Below are positions 36,201 to 40,541 of a stretch of 40,541 nucleotides of DNA, in pieces. Each line of letters begins with the position of its first letter. Positions within the stretch are counted from its first letter, which is position 1. Source of the stretch: a virus (lineage: Duplodnaviria; Caudoviricetes). Location: the IMG/VR virus record IMGVR_UViG_3300028588_000805, positions 1 to 40,541 of that record, one strand, 5' to 3'. The notes under the pieces were generated by a model. That model had not been told where the DNA came from, did not search any database, and saw only the letters and a list, made by a program, of their open reading frames with translations. Position numbers and translations under genes: made by a program.

Positions 36201-36385
36201 CTATAAATTCTATTCATGCTTCATTTGCTTTTTTAACAAGAGATGGATTAGGGGATAGAATTTTCATAAGCCGTGAAAGACAAAAAAAGGATAAATGGGA
36301 TAAATTTAGAACTAGCCAGAGGGTGAAGTTCAAAATCGGCTTTACGTATAGAGGAGCAGAAGCATTTGAAATAGATATAGAGTGA
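33284..36385 (+). CDS. SIR2-like + STAND-type P-loop NTPase + TPR + cold-shock/OB protein (Avs/AVAST-like anti-phage)
   Basis: FLGAGAS, TTNYD, KLHG, FAGY (SIR2); GYAGSGKS and LFIDN (Walker A/B); TPR-like helices; C-terminal FAFL..IFI..VKFKIGF; strongly AT-rich. Confidence 0.85.
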   Translation: MSTLPPSLVDQLKKGQIVLFLGAGASIGAIHPDGQQPPIGSKLGELLDNHFLGGAFKGYPLDKIAELAISETDLFTVQEFVKNLLDDFTPNTFHKLIPTLPWKAIATTNYDLIVERAYNEVDDRIQQAVVFKKDGERVEAKLTLPNHIPYIKLHGCITEIHNLDVPLILTPEQYISHKESRKRLFSRLLDLAHEHSFVFAGYTLADPNIRAIIQEVESLKTAKPRSYLVTPSMTEIEQRMWSSKKITPILLNFEQFLTQVDKENNSILRKLVADTQATEHPVQRKFNSHASKVPSEALWILLSVQVEFLHSGLKIEKSDPKAFYKGYFVDWSPIESNLDVTRKVLQEIMLEVFLEDERNRVRQQELVVIKGYAGSGKSVLLKRVAWEAAITLDKFCLFYLERNRMDNEALLELSILVKERIFLFIDNAAEHVVELNRILAFAYDNKIPLTIITAERANEWNETCQYLDPFVTTSYELTYLNRLEIKGLISLLEKHRSLGHLEGLSEEDRIHQFEIRAERQLLVALHEVTHGKPLVDIVVDEYNSIQNQKAKLLYITVAILHRVGVKTRAGVISRIHNISFSDFKNELYAPLQYIVFDTKDRITNDIYYHTRHSHIADVLFEQVLSKPDSRFHYYSQILSVLNIDYESDREAFTGMTKARELMKVFSGQPYILDIYEIASVNVGENPNLMHQKAIFEMNRFGGDFILAEEMLQEAKALAPWNKGIAHSLAELQLKRAGRSDNEYEKEKFRRSSLNIARKLISSDEKTPHAYHTLLKIGLQTLEEVLPKMDTLLTQNTIKDFEQNMTEALREFPNESFILEAESQYKTLVEKHPEALEALEKAFANNKKARFIAMRLANTYSSLGRVDAAISVLKECVKHNPTDKDINYRLARLLLHTSGSPAEVKHFLRASFVKGGSGYEAQFWFARILYIEDNFKEANQIFDDLDNASTDSKWKHEMRGVILSNNRPAEFRGTINSIHASFAFLTRDGLGDRIFISRERQKKDKWDKFRTSQRVKFKIGFTYRGAEAFEIDIE

Positions 36386-36481
36386 AGCGTGTATGCTAGC
36401 TTGGTTGATTAGGTGTTTTTAGGTTCTTATATAATTATGCTTAAGTACGAATTGCTGACTTTATTTTAAGTGTCAAGACCG

Positions 36482-36517
36482 ATGCCCCCGACTACGTAGC
36501 TACGTAGTCGGGGGCAT
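36482..36517. repeat. Perfect 36-bp palindrome
   Basis: ATGCCCCCGACTACGTAG|CTACGTAGTCGGGGGCAT. Confidence 0.95.
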
Positions 36518-36582
36518 TTCGGGCGCTACGGCCGTGGAGTAGAAACCGCGTAGCTTCGCCACTCCTGTAACTCTTGTCTATA

Positions 36583-36990
36583 ATGCCCAATTTCATCCGA
36601 TTTGCTGACGAGGATGGCACTACCATCAATTTAAAGTATCTGTCAAGCATAGCTTGCGAATCGCGAATAGCCAGTCAGAAGGATGCGGAAAAGAGGCCTA
36701 GCTTCTGGACTGAAGGGCAGGTTATTTACTGCATCAGGTTTACTGTCATAGGAGACTCGAAGTCTACTATGGAGTACATCAGCAAACAGTTTCGTGACCA
36801 GTGTTATAATGAAATTATAGCGCTTATCCGTCCTGCTAGCATTGGTGCTAACCCACCTGCGGACTCACTAACTCCTTCCTTTAGCACTCCCGCAACAAGT
36901 GCTGCTGAAAATTCATCGATTGAACCTGAAGCCTCTACAGGGCCACCCACCCCCAAGCCCCCACGCAAACCCCGAACACCCCGCCAGTAG
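36583..36990 (+). CDS. Hypothetical protein with Pro-rich tail
   Basis: FI..D..TINL..LSSI small beta domain; TAGCTTCG promoter-like element at 36551. Confidence 0.6.
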   Translation: MPNFIRFADEDGTTINLKYLSSIACESRIASQKDAEKRPSFWTEGQVIYCIRFTVIGDSKSTMEYISKQFRDQCYNEIIALIRPASIGANPPADSLTPSFSTPATSAAENSSIEPEASTGPPTPKPPRKPRTPRQ

Positions 36991-37060
36991 GAGAGAAGCC
37001 CCGCCCCTGTAATGAAACAGCTAGGCCAGCGATAGAGGAGGGGCACCTTACTTCTTCGCC

Positions 37061-37201
37061 ATGATTCCGTTTGCTTTCCCCATTTTTCCCGATGACCGCA
37101 ACCAGTCTCCGCAGTACCGCAAGCGGGCCAACCGTCTCGCCTTGGTGGTCTTTACCCTCACGGCCCTGGTAGGCTTGGCAATCAAGTACCTGCCTAGTTA
37201 A
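37061..37201 (+). CDS. 46-aa single-TM peptide, copy 1 (MIPFAFPIFPDDRNQSPQYRKRANRLALVVFTLTALVGLAIKYLPS)
   Basis: Frame conserved between copies, mostly synonymous differences; followed by a terminator. Confidence 0.7.
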   Translation: MIPFAFPIFPDDRNQSPQYRKRANRLALVVFTLTALVGLAIKYLPS

Positions 37202-37220
37202 CCTACGCGCAAGCCTGTAG

Positions 37221-37248
37221 AAAAGCCCCGCATCAACGGGGCTTTTTC
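37221..37248. terminator. Bidirectional intrinsic terminator
   Basis: AAAAGCCCCG-loop-CGGGGCTTTTT. Confidence 0.8.
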
Positions 37249-37302
37249 CATACCCACCAGCCTATCCAACTTACTGGCCAGCCAGCATCCCGTAAGACGA
37301 GG

Positions 37303-38163
37303 CTACTTCTTGTTCGGTGCCGGTGGGGTGGGGTGGCGCACGTCCACCGGCAACGTGAATTCCACCTGTACGGCCCGGCCGTTCTGCCTGCCGGGTAAGA
37401 AGCGCGGCAGCTTGCCAACAGCGGCTAGCACGGCCGCATCGGTGCTAGGGCTAACTCCTTTCACGATAGAGGGGCTGGTAACGGCTCCTTCCTGGTTAAC
37501 GACGAATCGCACGAATACCTTTCCTTCCACGGCATCGCTGGGTACCACCAGGTACTGGTAGATGGCGCTTAGGATGGCGGCGCTGCCCCCGCCCCCTGGC
37601 AAAATGGGCATCTGCTCCACGTAGGTAAAGACTTTGTCGGGGGTGACCTCTTCAACCGGGTGGCCTTCCCCGGACAGGTCGGCGAGGTCGGGCGGGCCGC
37701 TGACATGCGCCTCTATTTCTACCTGCGGCGAGGTAGGCTGGCCCGTCAGCTTCACCGTCGTGGTGAACTGGTATTGCACGGGGCTCCCATAAAGTACCGC
37801 TGGCTTGAGTTGCGGTAGCGCCCGCACGGCCGCCACTGCGGCCGCTTGCACGCTCGGTTTGATGCGGTCTTTGGTTTGGTCGAATACAAAAGTGCTGGCT
37901 ACCCGCCCCTTGACCGTAATGGTGACTAGGATGGTAAAAGAGCCCACTTGCTGCGCCCGCGGCGCGTCGGCCGGGAAGCGAAAGCGCGCCCGGATGGCCG
38001 CCGCTAGGGCCTTGGTGCCGCCGCCGGTGGGCAGCTCAGGCACCTTGTCGGCAAAGCCATAGGTCTGGTTTACTTCCTCATTCTGCGCGTGCGCCAACTG
38101 CGGGCTACTTAGGTACAGCAGGCTGCTGACCGATAGTAGATAGCCCCAGGTAAGTGTTTTCAT
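37303..38163 (-). CDS. Secreted protein with two TonB C-terminal domains
   Basis: Signal peptide ending AHA-Q; VFTYVEQMP..PGG, GKVFVRFVV..G.V, PGRQNGRAVQV; a similar degenerate domain upstream. Confidence 0.85.
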   Translation of the reverse strand: MKTLTWGYLLSVSSLLYLSSPQLAHAQNEEVNQTYGFADKVPELPTGGGTKALAAAIRARFRFPADAPRAQQVGSFTILVTITVKGRVASTFVFDQTKDRIKPSVQAAAVAAVRALPQLKPAVLYGSPVQYQFTTTVKLTGQPTSPQVEIEAHVSGPPDLADLSGEGHPVEEVTPDKVFTYVEQMPILPGGGGSAAILSAIYQYLVVPSDAVEGKVFVRFVVNQEGAVTSPSIVKGVSPSTDAAVLAAVGKLPRFLPGRQNGRAVQVEFTLPVDVRHPTPPAPNKK

Positions 38164-38307
38164 GCTGCAAGCTAATGCTCTCTACCATTTGCTTTAGCAA
38201 GAAGCCCCCACGCAAACCCCGAACACCCCGCCAGTAGGAGAGAAGCCCTGCCCCTGTAATGAAACAGCTCGGCCAGCTATAGAAGAGGGGCACCTTACTT
38301 CTTCGCC

Positions 38308-38448
38308 ATGCTGCCATTTGCTTTTCCCTTTTTCCCCGATGACCGCAACCAGTCGCCACATTATCGCAAGCGGGCCAACCGCCTCGCCTTGGTGGTCTTT
38401 ACCGTCACGGCCCTGGTAGGCCTGGCAATCAAGTACCTGCCTAGTTAA
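38308..38448 (+). CDS. 46-aa single-TM peptide, copy 2 (MLPFAFPFFPDDRNQSPHYRKRANRLALVVFTVTALVGLAIKYLPS)
   Basis: 42 of 46 residues identical to copy 1. Confidence 0.7.
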   Translation: MLPFAFPFFPDDRNQSPHYRKRANRLALVVFTVTALVGLAIKYLPS

Positions 38449-38467
38449 CCTACGCGCAAGCCTAATT

Positions 38468-38498
38468 AAAAAAGCCCCGCTCACTACGGGGCTTTTTC
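38468..38498. terminator. Intrinsic terminator
   Basis: AAAAAAGCCCCG-loop-CGGGGCTTTTT. Confidence 0.8.
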
Positions 38499-38796
38499 TA
38501 TGCCCCGCCCGTCAGGCATGGCCAGCTACCTCGCCTACTTTCTGCTACGTAGCCATGTCACAAACTCCGTCATAAGTGCTCACGCCCGGCGTAGCGCTGT
38601 AGCAGGCTACTGGTGAGGCAGGTAGCGAAGGAGAATAGCAGGGAAGAGGCGATTGTGTGTAAGGTGCAAGCAAATCGCAAACGTTTGTGATACAAGAAGT
38701 TGATGTCACAAAAAAAGCAACTTTGTCCTTTTGTGCGCGAAAGTAAATAGCCAGCTTTGCCTACACCATTTCTCACCCAACTTTTCCTTATTCCCC

Positions 38797-39141
38797 ATGA
38801 AAAACCTGTCGTTTTTTTTCGCTGCCTGCGGTCTGGCTCTGCTGACCAATGTCACGCCGGCCCAGGCGCAGTACCAACCCACCCCGCCACCCGTCTATAC
38901 CGGCTGCGCCAACAGCAACTACATCTGCTGGGCTGACACCGGCTTTGAGCGCGGTATTGCCTTTGGCCAGAACAACAGTACGGCCACCTGCAATCAAGAA
39001 AGTGAACGGGCTAATGCGTACGCCAACTACTACCGCACGAACCCGCAGCCGCAACCTTACCCCGAATACAATAACAACATGGTGCTATACTGGGACTATT
39101 ACCTTGACGGCATTGCCACCGGTCACAACTACTACCAGTAG
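38797..39141 (+). CDS. Small secreted Tyr/Asn-rich protein
   Basis: Signal peptide MKNLSFFF...AQA-Q; three Cys in the mature part; own terminator. Confidence 0.65.
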   Translation: MKNLSFFFAACGLALLTNVTPAQAQYQPTPPPVYTGCANSNYICWADTGFERGIAFGQNNSTATCNQESERANAYANYYRTNPQPQPYPEYNNNMVLYWDYYLDGIATGHNYYQ

Positions 39142-39163
39142 CCTACCTGAGTACCATAGTACG

Positions 39164-39192
39164 AAAGCCCCGCTCCCCAGCGGGGCTTTTTT
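39164..39192 (+). terminator. Intrinsic terminator
   Basis: AAAGCCCCGCT-CCCC-AGCGGGGC followed by a T run. Confidence 0.85.
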
Positions 39193-39248
39193 TGCTGCTA
39201 ACACTACTAGCACCTGGTGCTAACTTGGCGGGCCATCCACGCCTCGCC

Positions 39249-40541
39249 ATGCCCGCCCCCAAGATTCGCTTCTACCTGCACAGCAAAGTAGCCACCACCG
39301 GCCACCGCCCCATCTACCTCAGCGTCGGGGTAGGGGAGACGCGCCCCGTGCGCCAGGCCACCGGCTACAGCTTGCACCCGGCCTACTTCAGCCCCACCGC
39401 TCCGCACGCCCTCAAGGGCGCCGACAGCTACCGCACCATCAACGAAAAGCTCGATGAACTGCGCCTGGCGATTGCCAAGGCCTGCCGCCGCCTCGAAGAC
39501 GAGGGCCAGCTCAGCAACGCCGCCCTCGCCCCACTGCTCAAGGCTGCCGCCACCAGCCTGCACGGCCGGCCCGCCAAGCCCGCCCCCGCCCCGGCGCCCG
39601 CCGAGGTGGCTGCGTCCAACACCTTGCCGCTGGCCCAGCAGCCGATGCGGGCCGTACTCGCCGACTGGCAGCGCGATAACGCTGCCCACCTGGCCAAGGC
39701 GTACCTGAACCGCAGCAAGCAGTACGTGGACTGGATGGAGAAATTCGACCCCGCCGTAACGCCCGCCGCCGTTACCGACAAATGGGCCAAGCAGTACACC
39801 TCCTTTCTGGTTACCGATACCCCGCTCTTCAACAACACCATTCACCAGCACATCAACATGCTGCGCAACCTGGTGGCTCACGCCGGCTTGCCTACCAAGT
39901 TCATCAAGAACGGCTACGCCCACGAAGCCAAAAAGTGCTACTTGACCTGGGAAGAGCTGCAACGCCTGCACGCCTGGCAGCCCCCGGCCCACAAAGCCAG
40001 CCTCATGCGCCAGAAAGACGTGTTCGTAGCCCGCTGCCTGTGCGGGCTGCGCTACTCCGATACCGTGAGCCTGCTCCAGCCCCACATCAAGGCCGGCGGG
40101 CAGGTCAATCATATTCACCGCGACCAGCAGAAAACCCGCGCCGCAGTGCAGATTCCCATCGTGGCCCTGCTCCAGGAGATTCTTGACAAGTACCGCGACT
40201 GGCCCACCGGGCAGGCCCTGCCCGTCATCTCGCGCCAGCAAACGGGCAACCTCATCAAGGAAATGCTGCGCGAGGCCGGCATCGACGCGCCCTACGTGCA
40301 GGTGCGCTACAAAGGCCCCGTCAAGCACGAGAAGGTGATGCCCAAGTGGCAGGCCGCCTCTACCCACACCGCCCGCCACACGTATGGGGCCCTGCTGGCC
40401 AAGATGAAAGTGGACCCCTTGACCATGCGCGACTTGCTGGGCCACGGCAACCTGTCTTCGACCATGACCTACGTGCACCTCGAAGCCGAAGCCACCGAGC
40501 GCACCGTGCTCGAAGGTTTTACGAAGCTCGGGGCAGGCTGA
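39249..40541 (+). CDS. int: Tyrosine integrase
   Basis: GLRYSD (R), QQKT (K), HTARHT (HxxR), LLGH, TMTY (Y); N-terminal arm-binding-like domain. Confidence 0.95.
   Translation: MPAPKIRFYLHSKVATTGHRPIYLSVGVGETRPVRQATGYSLHPAYFSPTAPHALKGADSYRTINEKLDELRLAIAKACRRLEDEGQLSNAALAPLLKAAATSLHGRPAKPAPAPAPAEVAASNTLPLAQQPMRAVLADWQRDNAAHLAKAYLNRSKQYVDWMEKFDPAVTPAAVTDKWAKQYTSFLVTDTPLFNNTIHQHINMLRNLVAHAGLPTKFIKNGYAHEAKKCYLTWEELQRLHAWQPPAHKASLMRQKDVFVARCLCGLRYSDTVSLLQPHIKAGGQVNHIHRDQQKTRAAVQIPIVALLQEILDKYRDWPTGQALPVISRQQTGNLIKEMLREAGIDAPYVQVRYKGPVKHEKVMPKWQAASTHTARHTYGALLAKMKVDPLTMRDLLGHGNLSSTMTYVHLEAEATERTVLEGFTKLGAG

Larger units (their letters stand above)
36955..37248 (+). repeat. Direct repeat, copy 1 (~290 bp)
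   Basis: Aligns with 38202-38498 at offset 1247. Confidence 0.95.
38202..38498 (+). repeat. Direct repeat, copy 2
   Basis: Matches 36955-37248, including peptide ORF and terminator. Confidence 0.95.
1..40541. mobile_element. Temperate prophage (siphovirus-like) of a Bacteroidota host; boundaries probably just outside the window
   Basis: Integrase, CI/Cro, replication, terminase, portal, capsid, tape measure and lysis genes in coherent operons. Confidence 0.95.

Noticed and set aside
36482-36517. Protelomerase telRL site implying a linear plasmid prophage
   Set aside because: No protelomerase or ParA seen, and a typical integrase is present
36955-38498. Direct repeats as a DGR template/variable pair, CRISPR array or IS ends
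   Set aside because: No reverse transcriptase, cas or transposase gene; differences are not adenine-specific; only two long copies
39207-40478. 423-aa minus-strand ORF
   Set aside because: Shadow of the integrase
1-40541. attL/attR, tRNA and rRNA genes
   Set aside because: None recognised; the window ends at the integrase stop, so att sites likely lie outside

Overview
Nearly complete temperate siphovirus-like prophage. The host is inferred to be a high-GC Bacteroidota, probably Hymenobacter-like, from TAnnTTTG promoters, SprB-like repeats, a TonB_C protein and an Arm-DNA-bind/SAM-type integrase. From right to left the window holds: tyrosine integrase (39249-40541); an accessory region with a secreted protein, a two-domain TonB_C gene flanked by ~290-bp direct repeats that each encode an unannotated 46-aa membrane peptide, and an AT-rich SIR2-NTPase-TPR-OB (Avs/AVAST-like) defence gene; a CI/Cro switch; a leftward early operon (Xis-like HTH, ParB-like, ECF sigma, initiator, helicase, VRR-NUC-like); terminases; a frameshifted chaperone; tail genes and tape measure; a small divergent RHH regulator with a phased operator array; Clp protease, capsid, tail tube, portal and adaptor; tail spike/fibres; and a holin, u-spanin-like and DUF5675-like lysis module. 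The att sites are not visible. Most notable: the repeat-flanked TonB/peptide cassette, an ABC/OLD-ATPase motif inside the CI linker, the Avs-like gene, the RHH operator array and a candidate antisense sRNA. All family assignments come from reading motifs by eye, not from database searches.
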